DNA of 64,000 nucleotides, taken from contig OZ024740.1 in assembly GCA_964016885.1 (NCBI GenBank), positions 90,954,001-91,018,000 of the forward strand. Direction: 5' to 3'. The notes under the pieces are model-generated. The model saw nothing but the letters and a program-made list of their open reading frames with translations, was not told the origin of the DNA and did no database searches. Position numbers and translations under genes: made by a program. Below, piece by piece: positions 1-14,219 of this stretch (the stretch's first letter is position 1; each line of letters starts with the position of its first letter). This stretch comes from Eledone cirrhosa. Its lineage: Eukaryota.

Positions 1-204
1 TAGTAAGATAAAATTAATTCCCGCAAACATTAGTATGATTTCTATTAATTTATTTAATTATTTTATAATTGTTCCTCTGATAATGATATATTATACGTAA
101 AACATAGCCTTTCTCGTTACATATTTGAAAGTATTATGTTTGTAACTGAGGCTGGCAAAGATGTTATTTAACAGAGCGACATATTTGTTTCAAAATGTCT
201 GTTC

Positions 205-440
205 GTGTGTGTCTGCGCGTGTTTATGTATGTGTATGTGGGTGTTTTATGTATGTGTGTGTATGTGTGTGTGTGTGTGTTTATGTATGTGTGTGTATATA
301 TGTATGTGTGGATTTATGTGTTTATGTATGTGTGTGTGGGGGTGTGTGTGTGGGTGTGTGTGTGATGGTATGTATGCATGTGTGGCTGGGTGTGTGTGTG
401 TATGTGCGTGTATGTGTGTGTTTGTCTGTGTGTGCTCTGT
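205..440. repeat. degenerate (TG/TATG)n microsatellite
   Basis: Direct inspection; it accounts for the VCVC/HTHT ORFs. Confidence 0.9.
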
Positions 441-983
441 AATAGTTAAGAAAGCTAGATATTCAATAGTGAAATACTGCGAATTTTCAGATATTAATTG
501 GTCTTGATTTACTAACTTCGCTTGCAGTGTCATCGTTAAAAAATGATCACACATTCTGCAGATTGTTTGTTGGATTGCATAATAAATGCTAACAATGAAG
601 CTAAGTATTTTAAAGAAATAATATTTGTATTGATCGTGGTTAAAATGCTAACATTCGACATAATTTACATATTTGAATCAGGTTTTCTAATTCCCTACTA
701 GAACACAATAGTAATTATTGTTTAGTTATTGCATCTTAAATAAACTTGATATATCATGCTTGCTAAACACTATCACGCAAATAAGTTTTCTTCTTAGTTT
801 ATTAGATATGTAAGATACTGGAATATGTAATACCTCTGAATTGTCCAGAAGATCAAAATATTTAATATATTATTTTCAGGTAGTGGTTTGTGTATTGTTT
901 CGATCTTATAATTCAGCGTTGCGATGCTCAGAACTTTGGTTATTGCATATGTATAACCATGTATTTGAGCAAAAAAAAAAATG

Positions 984-1645
984 TTTCTACATTTAGCACA
1001 AGGCCAACAATTTGAAGGGAGCGAGAAAGTCGATTAAATTGATACTAGTGTGTTACTTTATTTCATGGACTCCTTAAGAAACAAACGCCAAGCTAACACA
1101 TGTGAACTCAGAATGTAAAGCGCAGTAACTCTATGCAGCAAAGCGTAGTATAGTAATAATCGTTTCTACTTTAGGGATAAGGCCAGCAAAAACCCAGTAC
1201 ATTACTGGTACTTTATTTTATCGACTCCGTAAGGATGAAAGGCAAAGTTAACCTCAGCGGGATTTGAACTTAGACTGTAAAGGGACTTAACTATGCTACA
1301 GAGCATGGCGTCCACCCCTCTACCGATACTGCCAATGATTTTGGATTTAAGCACAATTCCAACAATTTCTGGGGGGGGGGGTGTTGATTGAATGAACGCC
1401 GGTGAGTTACTGGTAATTTATTTCGTCAACCTGCAAGGGTGGAAAACAATCGTAACGTCAGCAGGATTTGCATTTTGAGTGCATGGTGTTAGAAAGTTTG
1501 TATATTATGTAATAGTTTCTGATGTAGGTACGAGGCAAATCTTTTGGGTGATGTGAAAATCTATTCAATCGATCGCAGTTCGTTACTTGTACTTCATTTT
1601 ACCAAACCTGTAAGGATTAACATCAAATCTAACGATGGGAATTTT
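984..1645 (-). mobile_element. cluster of about 4 tRNA-head SINE copies (octopod SINE with Deu/Nin-like central domain); best copy 1163-1335
   Basis: Recurrent block CATTACTGGTACTTTATTTTATCGAC..CGTAAGGATGAAAGGCAAAGTTAACCTC.GCGGGATTTGAACT. On the minus strand this gives a B-box-like GAGTTCAAATCC, the central GCCTTTCATCCTT..GGTCGATAAA domain and a GGCCTTGTGC..AGTAGAAA tail. The same block recurs at 15659, 45835 and 52572. Confidence 0.75.
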
Positions 1646-2677
1646 ATATATTATTAAATATATCAGTTTTAAGTGAAATAGAAATAAATTGTAACTTGAA
1701 TTTAATATTGCAATACATATTTCATTTATAAATCGATACAGTTGTGCATAATCACATATCAACTTACCTCATAGATTTGATGGTAAGATATGATGAGGCA
1801 ACCCGAGCGCGGAGAACAGATTGCTAATCATAAGGAATTATTAGCCACATTCTCTGCACCCAAATGTGACATTCTGGTATGGAACACCCCAAATTATATA
1901 GTTTACATACCAAGTCGGCTAGAAGGGGGTTTACATTGTCCAATGCTTCTAAATGTCAAGCAAGTAAATGCTCGTGTCCCTTAGTGTAATCTATCAACAT
2001 CATATATGTTTTCGATTGCTATTCAACTCACATTCAATATTCCGGCCATATATTTCTCGTTTACAATTAGTATTAGAATAGAAAACATGCACAAAAACAA
2101 TATAATTACTATAAATGATATATATAGACCTATTTCCTATCGTAATACTCATATCTTACCATTGAGAAAAACACTGTAATATCAAGAAAAGTATTGTTTT
2201 CTTTCATTTATTGAAGGAGGAGGATATAACCTACATGCCTGGAAGAAGAAACGCATTTAAATACACATACACAGGTTTAACTCAACAAAACCGCCGAATG
2301 CACAGCATAGATTTTCCGGGAGAAAGGGTGGCTTGGACATCGAGGAGCTGACATTCATTAGCACCATACAGCACCACTCAGCAATAAACCTATTCAGCAT
2401 ATGACGAGTATAACATTCCGACGCGTTAAATAGCACTAAATTTGCTGCAAATATCAGCCGTCTGTAGTTTTTCATCTGAAATCTCGTGTATTATCACAAG
2501 GTGGACATAATGCAATCCTCTGCTTTTTATTTTATTCACAGCATCCAGTGATATACATGATGGGTCTCTGGTGGCGAAGATTGACTTCTCGGAGGTTGAT
2601 GTAATCAGAGTAATTAAAGCGCGGAAACGTGGCAATGTCTATATGAAACTATAGAAAGTATTATATTTTTATCGAAT

Positions 2678-2802
2678 TCTTCTTCTTCTTCTTCTTCTTC
2701 TTCTTCTTCTTCTTCTTCTTCTTCTTCTTCTTCTTCTTCTTCTTCTTCTTCTTCTTCTTCTTCTTCTTCTTCTTCTTCTTCTTCTTCTTCTTCTTCTTCT
2801 TC
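2678..2802. repeat. (TTC)n/(GAA)n trinucleotide tract, 3' tail of the adjacent minus-strand RTE
   Basis: Perfect TTC run directly abutting the RTE 3' end. Confidence 0.9.
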
Positions 2803-4075
2803 CACTTATTCCAGAGAAGTTCATGGGGGCAGAATCCCCAAACACTCCTTCCTGTCTGAAGCAACCGTCACCAATTGATCCGACTGGATCCCCAAGGGAG
2901 GCCAGCCAAACACATGGAGATTATTCAACTATCTTGCTCGTTATCTAACCTTTGGTTTTCTCTCGGTTAGCTTTGCCTTCAAAATCTGTACAGGGATAAT
3001 TTCCTGACCCATTATACCCATATGCCTATAGTATCGGAGCTGTGATTTCTCAATTCGGAGAAGTAGTGGCTCTACCTGAAGTTACTCTGATCTCCGAGCT
3101 ACGGACTCTGTTGAGTAACGTTACTCCAAACCATTTGGGGAAAACCAGTTCAGCCGCTTGTATTCCCGATCGTATTCCTTCGGTCATTACCTAAGATTCA
3201 TGATCATAGATATGGGTTGGCAAGGATAGCTAATTCATGATAGCTAGTTTGTCTTTTACACCTCACTTTTTCTAATAGGTGAATGTTGAAGCTGGCGCAT
3301 TACTGCACGAGCTCCCCCAATTCGTATACTTAATTGAGCCTCCTGCCTTCCATCACATATGAACATGAATCTGAGATATTTGCACTGCCCCACCTGCTGA
3401 AATAAGACTCCATGGATAACAGATTGCAATGGGTAGGCTTCCTTGAGAGCCCGAGAGTCTCAGTTCTCGCAGCACTTAATTTCATTCCAAACATGCAATA
3501 CCGTGCATCAAACCTATCAAATGCAAGTCGGAGATCATATTCTATTGAGTTGAATAATTCCATGCCGTATGCAAATTGTAGTCGACCGATTCAATAGCCA
3601 CCCGTCGTGCTGCCACTTCCAAGCCGGCTAGGCATGTCTATCCGTTTCATGAAAATTATGAATAGGTGAGTCTACAGTACGCACCATTGCCGAAGTTCGA
3701 CTCCCATATTTAATGTTTTCGATCTAGCACCATTTATGCTGACACTAAATACATGGGGATTTGTACAGAGTTATCTGGGTAGTTAGATGTTGACGATCGA
3801 TCCCATGCTCCTGCTCAACCTTACGCAGCAGGTCCCTAGGAACGCGGTCATATGCCGTTTCAAGGTCTACAAAACAAGACTATACGTCTTGGCAATTCTC
3901 AAACAATTTCGGGAATACTTCAGCAGTGTGAATATATGGACGGCTGTACTGCCTCGGGGCCCAAATCCGCACTGTTGCTCAGCTAGTTTGGACACAACAA
4001 TTTCCCTGCATCGCTTTGCCAGACACTTAGCATATACATTACCAGAGAAGCTTAACGACGAGAATCGGACGTCGA
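2803..4075 (-). mobile_element. 5'-truncated degenerate RTE-clade (Expander/Rex3-like) LINE
   Basis: Minus-strand RT motifs LAEQQCGFGPRGSTAVHIF, VDLETAYDRVPR, GVELRQWCVL and FGMKLSAARTE, with frameshifts and stops; ends in a (GAA)n tail. Confidence 0.8.
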
Positions 4076-5600
4076 ATTTTAACTGTTGAAATATATGATA
4101 GATATATATAGATTTCTGTTGGTAAACCATATCAAAGACAGAGCATCGTTCTCAGAGTCGTTTTAATTTAATAATACTTTTTATTTTGTATATACACTTA
4201 GATAATTGATTCTCTCACATACAAGCGGCAAGTGGTGATATCAACCCAGACAATAGAATACATCTACAATTATGGGAGCTCGTTATGTTAAGAGCAACAA
4301 AAATCTTTAAGAAATATCAATCTGGAATCTTTTCACAAAGAAGAAAGATTAAATGTGGGAAGAGACCAGTGGATAGAAAAATGTATTAATAATATGCAAG
4401 GGCGAATGAGAGAAGGAGAGAGCGCATGACAGCAAGAGTTATATTAGCAAAACATGTAGAATAAGCAGTCTGATTCTTCGGAGAGCAATTGGTAGTTAGA
4501 TGAATTAAAGCGGCGTCGGAATATACATTTTCTTCTACACAAAACAATACATGAATCAGTATAGTTTTCCAGTTTTAATAAATCAATATACCAACGCTAA
4601 TGCCTTATATAAGCAAACATATGGCTCGTAGTAACTATTTATCAGTATTAGCTCTATTAAATTTCTTCTTTTCTTTTTTTCCATTAACACGAGAACCATC
4701 GATGATCGTGGAATGTGAGTTGATTGTAAATTACTTTCTTTGCTTAGAAACAAATACATTATTGCTAGTGTATTATGTATTTGTAGCTGAATAACCTGCA
4801 AACGAGCGTAAATTTCAGATACATTAATGTTGAAATTTTAGTTTATTTTTTAATATATTTCAAATTTTATATAAACTGATATATATAATTCTATAAAAAA
4901 GCATATGCGGGTGATAATAACAGAACATAAATATGAGTAGTACACATATATATGATGTATAATAAATTATATATTATGGTAAAGGGAAGGAATCTAGGTC
5001 TATATGCGGATTGCATTACATAAAACGGATATAACAAAAGAGGCACACTAAATATAAAAAATAATAGATGAAATACACCGTAATTGTTTCCTTAGATGCT
5101 GATTCAATGTAATATCAAAACAAATACGTGTTTATATAATTAATAAATATGAAAGTGGTAGAGCATCTTCACACAATTGATTTTAGTTGCCATGATATTA
5201 GTATACAAAATCCGTACGCAGATATAGCCGCTAACAAAACACACAGGCATATACATAAACATGTACTGACACATATATTGCGTATGTTATGTGAAACATT
5301 TACTGATTAAGATACATATTTGTTGGCAGTACATTGAATTATATTATATATATTTCTGATGTGAAATTGACATGAGTTATTCCCTAAATTTTAAAAAAGT
5401 GTTTTTTTTATGTATGATTATAAAGAGTATATTGCTGCAATCATGACACCAAACATTAACATTACATACTCGTGTTACTCATTGAGTAAATGACAATAGC
5501 GGAGACACATGTAATATTTGAAGAAATAACACACAGAATTCGTATGTCACTCTATGATAGAAATAACATAGAGAAATACAAGAACACTTGTGCATTAGTG

Positions 5601-6443
5601 TACGACGTTTGTCAGAAAAGTAACAGTAATTGGTGTGTTGTTTGAGCTATGACTATCCGCAAAATATATAACTGCGATATCTACCCTCTGCTGGCAGTGT
5701 ATATTTTTTCACGTGCTTTGTTAATATTTCCCCGTGTTTAGGACTTCAAAAGATGGGCACTGAGCAATGAACCAACCTGACGTTTCTGAAATTGCTTTGA
5801 AAATCTCCTTCAGAACACTCAGTGTACTGCAATAAGTTTACGCGGGTAAGACGATTTAGCGCTCACGGGTTTCCAAGAGGGAAGAAGTTGGAAGATGACC
5901 CAAGGAGCGGAAGGCCTTCAGCAAGGAGAGACTCAAACCAACTTTCAGTGCGTGAGGTACGTAATGCGTGGCCATCGTTAGTTGACTGTTCGATGTGATC
6001 ACATTTGAGCTGGGCATTAACCACGATTGCGTTTGGAAGATTTTCTGTGCACATTTCTGCATGCATTTGATCCGTGCAAAGATGATGCCGAAGCTACTGA
6101 ACAATGATCAGGATGAACGACACAGGCATGTGGGTCAGGATATTCTTAAGCGTCATGAAACTGAACCTGACATGCTGGGGCGAGTCTTCACCGGTGAGTC
6201 ATTGATTTTGAAGTACTACCTGTTTTCTAGACGTGGAAGCCTTCAATAGAGCTGGAACAACAGTTCTACGGGGAATTCCTTGAAAATCCTTCCAGGAGTG
6301 CATTAAGGTGTGGCGGCGAACAAGCATGGGAAGGTACGTTAGACCCGAGTTTATGTCAGAGACAACATCTTGGAAATGTTTAATTTGGATATGAAATATA
6401 TTTATGTGACTCCAGTCTTGTTTCTTTTCTGAAACACGCCATA
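5601..6443 (+). mobile_element. internally deleted mariner (Tc1/mariner) relic with degenerate TIRs
   Basis: TIRs TACGACGTTTGTCAGAAAAGTAACAG..TGG / CCAGTCTTGTTTCTTTTCTGAAACACGCCATA with TA ends. Transposase remnants include EEVEDDPRSGRPS and AKMMPKLLNNDQDERHRHVGQDILKRHETEPDMLGRVFTGES (mariner WVPH/L...TGDE region). Confidence 0.8.
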
Positions 6444-8199
6444 AAATATGAATCATTTAAAGCACAAAGTAATTAAGATTATTTGATTAAATGGGGTAAT
6501 TTTGACTAAAACCTATCTATTGATTACGAATAATGAGCCTTAGTATTCTACTGAAATACAAAATAAAAAAACTGCTGCCAATGCTAATTCACTAATTCGG
6601 TTTAACAATGTATTGCATTTTATTAAGAAATACTAGCCACGTGATTATTATTTGACATAAATATGCAGGGAAAAGGGAAGAATTCAAGGTAATATTTTAA
6701 ACAATATACATTTGCCCGAGTAAACAAATTAGGAATAACACAATTTGAAAAATTAAATCCAATTCTAACTATATTTCCAAGACAAAAAAGACAAAGAATA
6801 TATATAGGTTCGGTTAAAATGCACACAGATTAATAGGTTAAACGAACTATTACTATCGAAAATTTCGGGAAACGGCTAGGATTTTATATATACATATACG
6901 CATATATGTGGAGATAGTTTAAAGAAGACTTAATAACGACACAAATTATATATTATCACAACTATGCTTGTCATATATTATCACAACTATGCTTGTCATA
7001 TATTTTGAAATCTATATTAGTTATAGGAACGGAAATAGAAAGGGCAAATGTCCACTTAATATGGACGAAGCGGATATCTTCCTGATACTAGTCTCCTGGG
7101 TGTTTAAATACATAAATCCCATAATATATGGAAAAAGGTTCTACTGTGCCATACTCCGCTTACTAATACTTAATAACGGTATTTAATCATTTGTAGAATG
7201 TCAATGTGGCTTCAATGAATGCTAGATACCGCTGCTAATACTGCACAATCAACTTCTTACTTTCATGGACAAGAAAAAGCGATATTGGCCAGTTTTATAT
7301 TATTCAGTAATTATTTTACTGTTGAAAAGTCTTGATATGTCTTTATTTATAACCTGAAATGAATCACGAAAAATGAACCACAATACCATCATAACAACTG
7401 AGGATCGTTACATCGTACGCATTGTTTATACATATATAGTTCTGCATGCTATTTTGAAATATGGTATTTGCTTCTTTCTTTTTCTGTACATTTGTGGAAT
7501 TTATAGCTATTTCAACAATATATTTATTACCATTTTTGAGATTGTAACTTGTAGAGTGTATGTAAAAACGATATTACTAATGAACATATATTATTCATTT
7601 AGAAATATCACCATGATACAATGTATTAAACCACTTTTTCTCTGGGTGTACATGGAAATAATTGTGAGTGGATCTTTGATAGATGACCTGTTCCATTTAT
7701 CAAAAAATATGTTATATAAAGAAAATTTGAGGAGTGCCATAAACATTATTAGCCCATATGATTAATGACGATATCCCAGATTATGAAAATCATATCATCT
7801 GATTAAGATAAACACAGTTGTGTATGTTACCGCATACCATCACTGTAATACGTCCCTATTCATCAGAGGAAGTTAGAATCCCAAGGCAACACTAAGTGCG
7901 TGTTTTGAAAATATCATACAAGTAAGAAGATAAAGACGGTAAATAAGAGAACATATGCTCTTCCAACAGCGAAACAGTCGTGTAGATGCATATAAGATTA
8001 GAATATGCAAAGTATTACACATCACGTACGCACTTAAGTTGAAAATAGCTAAAACAAATAATTTGAAATGGAAAATAGATTGTGTATAAAACTCTAAAAT
8101 TATATATCAGCGTTTAATTCTTCTTTCATATAAGATTCACTGAAAGGAAAATAATTGCCAACGAAATCCCTAGAGACCAGTTAGCAATATCAGATATAA

Positions 8200-8830
8200 G
8201 AGGGTTTAAATAAATAAATATAACAGAGTAGACATTCATCAGAATGATACCGATTCCTTTGGAATAAGGAAGTATGTGCATTGCTTTAAACCCATAATAT
8301 GCTGTATCAGTTAGATTTTTCTCGAGAGTCTAATTAAAGCGTTGAACGATAGGAGAGCATCTGAAGGAAACATGACTGTTCGATACTAGTAGATAAAGAG
8401 AACGTTTTAGAGCAAGGTCTTTTTAGAAAACAGAAACGAATCTGAGAACAAATAAAGTAATAATCATAAATTTACACAAAACCGAGAGACTACCAGCAAT
8501 TACCTGATTGCAGGTAATATATACATTGTATGAATCATGGTCAAACGCATACCTACATGATGACTTTAATGGACAAAATATAATCTCAGTTGAACAAGAA
8601 AATGATATAAATATATTGCATGTGAACTGGCCAAATTATATTTAACAAGAAGTTCTTCTGAGTGACGTCATTGCATAGAAATAACATAATCGTTATTGAC
8701 GTTTTTAGAGGAAATTATTCAGTTCTACTTTGCAATCATATTTCCTACGAAAACCACTAAATTGTGAACATAACCAGAGTCATAACACCTAGAGATGTGA
8801 AGGCGCATATCATTGTTGTATACAGTAGTT
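8200..8830 (+). pseudogene. very degenerate R4/Dong-like RT fragment
   Basis: About 8480-8600 reads PRDY..AIT*LQVIYTLYESWSNAYLHDDFNGQNIISVEQ, which aligns by eye with PKNYRPITCLTTMYKILTSVLTEYTYDHLITNDLFPIEQ in the LINE at 57.5 kb. Boundaries are uncertain. Confidence 0.4.
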
Positions 8831-9639
8831 CTCGTTGCAATCTATGTGGGCCAACAAGTCAATTGTTTGCTCTCTAATCTCAACATACAAGAGAGCATCT
8901 TTGCCAACACCAGGACCACAAAAGCCCCAAAACTAACAACACCATCCCAACCTCGGTGGCAGCAGTAACAACATCAGAAAAGTCAAAAGCTGCAACAACA
9001 GCATCAGTAATAGCACCGCCAGCAGCAGCAGAAGTATTACCACTGCAACAATCAGCAAACAAACTGAAAAACACCCAACTCTCCCAACAAAGATTTATCT
9101 CTCACCCTCCGTTCTTTCACCATCTCCTCTAAATATAAACATACACTAGTGCACTCGTACAACCAGAAAATACACTCACCTATATAGAAGAGACATTTCG
9201 CAGACAGCGGTACCTTCTCATTTCGACGAAAAATTGAGAGCTCCCCAAACACCCACCAACCCCAAAATGTAAATAAATGTAACACACTTGCACACACCAG
9301 AAATCACAGGAAATAAACACAACAGATACAGACACTTCTACATCAACACCAACCACACACACATAACCGCCAAGACATACACGGCTGTCGTCATTATCAT
9401 CATCGACGCGCCAGCATTACCACAATCATAAATATTCTCGAAAATAGGAGACAGACTAAGACAAAAACTATCTCCAGAGATATTTCATGTCAGTGGGAAA
9501 ATATCTACAGATAACTCATGGCCCGCATAGCACGAAGTTATTTTATTTAGTGAGATGGGGTGATTTTCGGCACTTTTAAAGTACCATAGGCGTTAGTGAT
9601 GGTGCCTATGACAATAGAAAATTATAAAAGTCATTAGAG

Positions 9640-10180
9640 AGAACGTCCGTACGATGTGGGTCCCCCTAATGTAACGACAGAAATGAGCCATCGTCAGTAT
9701 CTGGTAGTCATAAGAAAGGATATATGTGTAAAACACAAACTAGCAATGTTCAATCCGGTATTCGCGCCAACTCTTATATATTGTCATGAATTACATATTG
9801 TTACACATGCAAACGGCCGAAATGGGGTTCCTACGAAGAGTCTTCGTGGTAATGTAACTCGATGTTACGTAGCTCGGATATCATAAATTCATTTGAGGTA
9901 GAGATGCAACTTTTCGTAATTGAGAGATAACCGATCCAACACTGCATACATGTGATTAGAATGTCGCTGTAAAATATAACTGGACAGATTCTACAAGCAA
10001 AACCAACCTACAGGAGACAATTGGGTAGACTCATCAGCAAGATGGCTGGATAGCATCCAAGATCTCTACTGGTCTCAATTGGGGATCTGACCTATTCTGC
10101 CGGAATGAGTGTTGGAGAATTCTGCCCACATAAATTTCATAGAAATAATTGGAAGAGGAAAACAATAATAATAATAATAA
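9640..10180 (+). mobile_element. degenerate 3' fragment of the RTE/Expander-like family
   Basis: KLAMFNPVFAPTLIYCHE motif. The 3' end GAGTGTTGGAGAATTCTGCCCACAT..GAAATAATTGGAAGAGG matches the reverse complement of 2803-2850. Confidence 0.65.
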
Positions 10181-10389
10181 GAAGAATGAGGAATCACAAA
10201 AATACTTGTTAATGCTTCCCTAGTTGCAAATCTATGATCACATAAATGGTAATTCTCCCTCTCACAAATTCAGCCTTTCTTGACATGCATAAGCTTATTA
10301 TTTCTCTCTCCCTCTTTCCCCACACTCTTTCTCTAATTTCATCAGTGTGCACATACACACATATATGCACACATACGCACTCATACGCA

Positions 10390-10540
<151 letters not shown>

Positions 10541-11488
10541 TATTTAATGTGCATGTGTGTGTATGCTTATGTACGTCTGCATGAGTTGTATGATGCGTTT
10601 GTATTGCTATATTTGTTTGTATTTATGTTTCCTTGCATGAAACCCCTCTGTCAAATCCAAAAATTTACCACACTATATTTTCAATATGACACGATTAATT
10701 TAATAGCTTTATGAGAAGCATGATATAATGCTACGCTAAATACGCTTACTAAAATCACATTATCATGTCTCTAAATTAGGATTTCCTTTCAATTACTGAA
10801 CTTGTTATTCAACAACCTTGTGTACAATTCTGAGATAATGTATTTTTATCTGTTGCCTACTTTGCGAAATTGTAAATTCCGTAACAAACGAATAAACATA
10901 TAATACAACATTTTGTGTACTCTTCTTAATATTTAATATTATATAGCAGATATATGTTTACTGTTTTTATTTTTAAAAGCAATACAGCTGTACAAAATAC
11001 AGATTAAATTTATAGTTATTCAAATTCTATATTTAGAACATGATTAGAAATATATTTTATATATTTGTAAATATTACACATATATTCACTTTCCTTGTAC
11101 GTTTATCACACCCTATGCCAGCTTAAGTGCCTCTAGTCGCTAATTTACTTCAGCTCTATTCATGCGATGTTTAAGTATGTTTATCTTCCTTCATCTCTTT
11201 GCACAAAATACTTTAGTTTTGTATGAACACATTTTTCAGTAATAGAAATGACTGGTATAGCATACGAAAGATTTTAAAACCAATTTCAGAATTTGAAGTA
11301 AACGCATAAGATCATTTTCTTTCTTTTATATAATTGTAAAAAAATATTGACATATTCTATAAAGTTGAACTTGAATAGTATAAATCAGTTGCGTGTCATG
11401 TCGTTTGTAATATGAATACTGTAAACATATAAGACATAGAATACTATTGGAAATAGAGAAGTGACAATCAACCACACAAACAAAAGAA

Positions 11489-11945
11489 TTACCCCGTAAA
11501 ATAAAACAAACGAAAGTTATTTTAACAAAAGCTAACAGATATTTATAGAAGTCGGGTGTTGCTCACAGTCACCGAACTCATGCAAATTATATGAAAATCT
11601 ATATATTTAGGTGAAGATCAATTATGCGATGATCTGATAAACTAAATCTACCTATATACACGAAGGACGAGTTAAATAAGGCAAAATATTTTCGGCTCGA
11701 ATGATGATTCAGATAGCTCACATACGAAATTATATTGCAAAGCTTTACTATGTGAATCGAACAAGTAATGACCTCTATTAAAATGAAAATAAGATTCAAT
11801 GTTTACAGATAACTATGAAACCTTACAAGAGTATGCACTTCAATTATGGAAGTCAGTTGTAATTAATTTGAGGTGCATTTCATATAATTTCATGCCAAAC
11901 TACTTCATAGCACGGCTACGAAATAAACAAACACATGTACACACG
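11489..11945 (+). repeat. about 460-bp unique-sequence segment duplicated at 13663-14125
   Basis: Near-identical sequence; the ORF track shows MFTDNYETLQEYALQ twice. Confidence 0.9.
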
Positions 11946-12086
11946 CACGCACACTCACACACATACCCCCCCCCCCACACACACATACACACACGCGCGC
12001 GCGCACACCAACATACCCACACACATACACACAGAGTCATACCCACAGACACACATACAAACAGAGACACACACAAATACACACAA

Positions 12087-12138
<52 letters not shown>

Positions 12139-13235
12139 CGGCGATGAATTAGTTTTGCTAGGTTCTTTATATGAACCAAAAAGACAAAGTCAGAGTATAC
12201 GAAGGAGTCATGGAGAAGTATAAGACCCTCATAGAACTGGACATGAAAGGAATTTGCGCATTATACAGGAGCAAATCCTGGAATAGCTTAGATAGGGCTA
12301 GACATAAGATAGGGATAGCCACCTCATGGTACCACAACCAGAGATACCAGAGTGTCATTTTTGTGGATGCTACCCCGGAGGAAATTAGCTAACCAGCGTA
12401 GAAAGGCCCTGAGAAAGACCCACTTAAAGATTAAGGTGGTCGAACAGCCAGGAACCAGCATAAAATCCCTGATCAGCAAAACTTACCCTTTTAAGAAAAC
12501 CCACTGTACTAATAGGTAATGTATCATATGTAAGGTGAACCCCCGGATAAACTCTAAAACTAGAAACGTAGTCTATAGCATAAGATGTACAGAGGGTACC
12601 TGCAGAAACATGACAACAACATACATAGGCGAAACAGCTCGTAGCATAGGTGAAAAGATAGACCAACACTGGGGGGAACTAAAAGGACGAAAACACGGTT
12701 CAGTACTATACGAACATGCCAGACAACAACACGACGGTAACATAGACAACATAGATATTAGAATAATATCTAAACATAGAAATGACCCAGCAGATAGGCA
12801 AATCAGAGAGGCCAGTGAAATAGAACTTAGAAGGCCAAGACTAAACAGAAAGAATGAATGGAATAACAACAACACCCAAACAAACAACAATGACCTAAGA
12901 GAAGTATAAATAAATAGATAAATAAATAAATAAATAAATAAATACTTACACAAGCACAATAATAACAAACACATATAAACACACACTAGTAAACATAGAA
13001 CACATTAACCAATACACAGTCACCCAGTCACGAACACACATCAAACAAAACACTATACACACACGCAAACGCATGCGCAAAGAAGACAAAATAAAATAAA
13101 CAAACAAACAAATAAATAAATAAATATATAACCAGACTGAGTAAAGATGGCGTAGAAATACAACACACCGGGAGGAATCTATAGCACCACTGACGATATT
13201 GCAGATGTGCAACGAAAGAACTTTGATAAACTATA
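12139..13235 (+). mobile_element. 5'-truncated Penelope-like element (GIY-YIG 3' part, Naiad-like) with 3' UTR, between (TA)n tracts
   Basis: ORFs 12171-12392 and 12535-12909: [17 protein letters not shown], Cys cluster, NVVYSIRC..C..TYIGETAR..H, EASEIELRRPRLNRKNEWN, i.e. a GIY-YIG endonuclease C-terminus. The Naiad clade call is tentative. Confidence 0.8.
13180..13235 (+). ncRNA. type I hammerhead ribozyme motif, partly degenerate, at the PLE 3' end
   Basis: tatag-c-acca CTGACGA ta-ttgca-gatg-tgcaa-c GAAA g-aa-c TT tgat-aaa-ctata. Confidence 0.55.
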
Positions 13236-13427
13236 TATATGTGTTTGTGTCTATATTGTTTCTGTATTATTTTTTACCGTTTGTCAGTCAAAGGCAACAT
13301 TGAGGACCGAATAAATTAGATTACCGATATAAAAGACATACAAGCGAAAATCGAAAATCAACCAAACAGTGAGTCTGTTCTGTTGTTAATTCTGGCAATA
13401 TTACACAAATATGACCCTCCCTAAGTA

Positions 13428-13510
<83 letters not shown>

Positions 13511-14115
13511 AACTTTTTTGTAGATATGTGTGGGTGTGTGTATATGTGTATTTTTATATAATTGTTTATGTGTGTATATATATAATAGCCTCAGAAGCGG
13601 CATGAGCTCTGCCGTCGACGTGATACTTTTTCCTATATATATATATATAGGTATATGTATGTATTACCCCGTAAAAATAAAACAAACGAAAATTATGTTG
13701 ACAAAAGCTAACAGATATTTATAGAAGTAGGGTGTTGCTCACAGTCACCGAACTCATGCAAATTATATGAATATCTATATATGTAGGTGAAGATCACTTA
13801 TGCGATGATCTGATAAACTAAATCTACCTATATACACGAAGGACGAGTTAAATAAGGCAAAGATATTTTCGGCTCGAATGATGATTCAGATAGCTCACAT
13901 ACGAAATTATATTGAAAAGCTTTACTATGTGAATCGAACCAGTAATGACCTCTATTAAAATGAAAATAAGATTCAATGTTTACAGATAACTATGAAACCT
14001 TACAAGAGTATGCACTTCAATTTTGGAAGTCAGTTGTAATTAATTTGAGGTGCATTTCATATAATTTCATGCCAAACTACTTCATAGCACGGCTACGAAA
14101 TAAACAAACACATGT

Positions 14116-14148
<33 letters not shown>

Positions 14149-14159
14149 TAAATACACAC

Positions 14160-14205
<46 letters not shown>

Positions 14206-14219
14206 TTATATTTATATAT

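Noticed and set aside
161-554. Cys/Val/His/Tyr/Ile-rich ORFs here and throughout (e.g. 14242-15292, 39022-41678, 46619-47122), and poly-E/K/L ORFs
   Set aside because: They are translations of (TG)n, (TA)n and (GAA)n microsatellites, not genes.
7258-7360. Possible minus-strand exon with a TTTCAG acceptor and GTAAGA donor
   Set aside because: All three frames contain stops and no partner exons were identifiable.
8880-9420. CAG/CAA-rich, strand-biased segment resembling LINE ORF1 or an exon
   Set aside because: No recognisable domain and no sustained ORF.
7858-10345. Isolated CTGATGA matches (7860, 8237, 10030, 10339; also 24438, 43051, 43230, 44724)
   Set aside because: No compatible stems I-III with GAAA and NUH; consistent with chance cores.
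12424-12909. Selenocysteine recoding in the Naiad-like PLE
   Set aside because: The in-frame stop seen in the Cys cluster is TAA, not TGA, and no SECIS was recognised.
13292-13386. caaca TTGAGGA ... aaacag-tgagt-ctgttc tgttg, HHR-like
   Set aside because: GAAA is replaced and no stem II could be formed.
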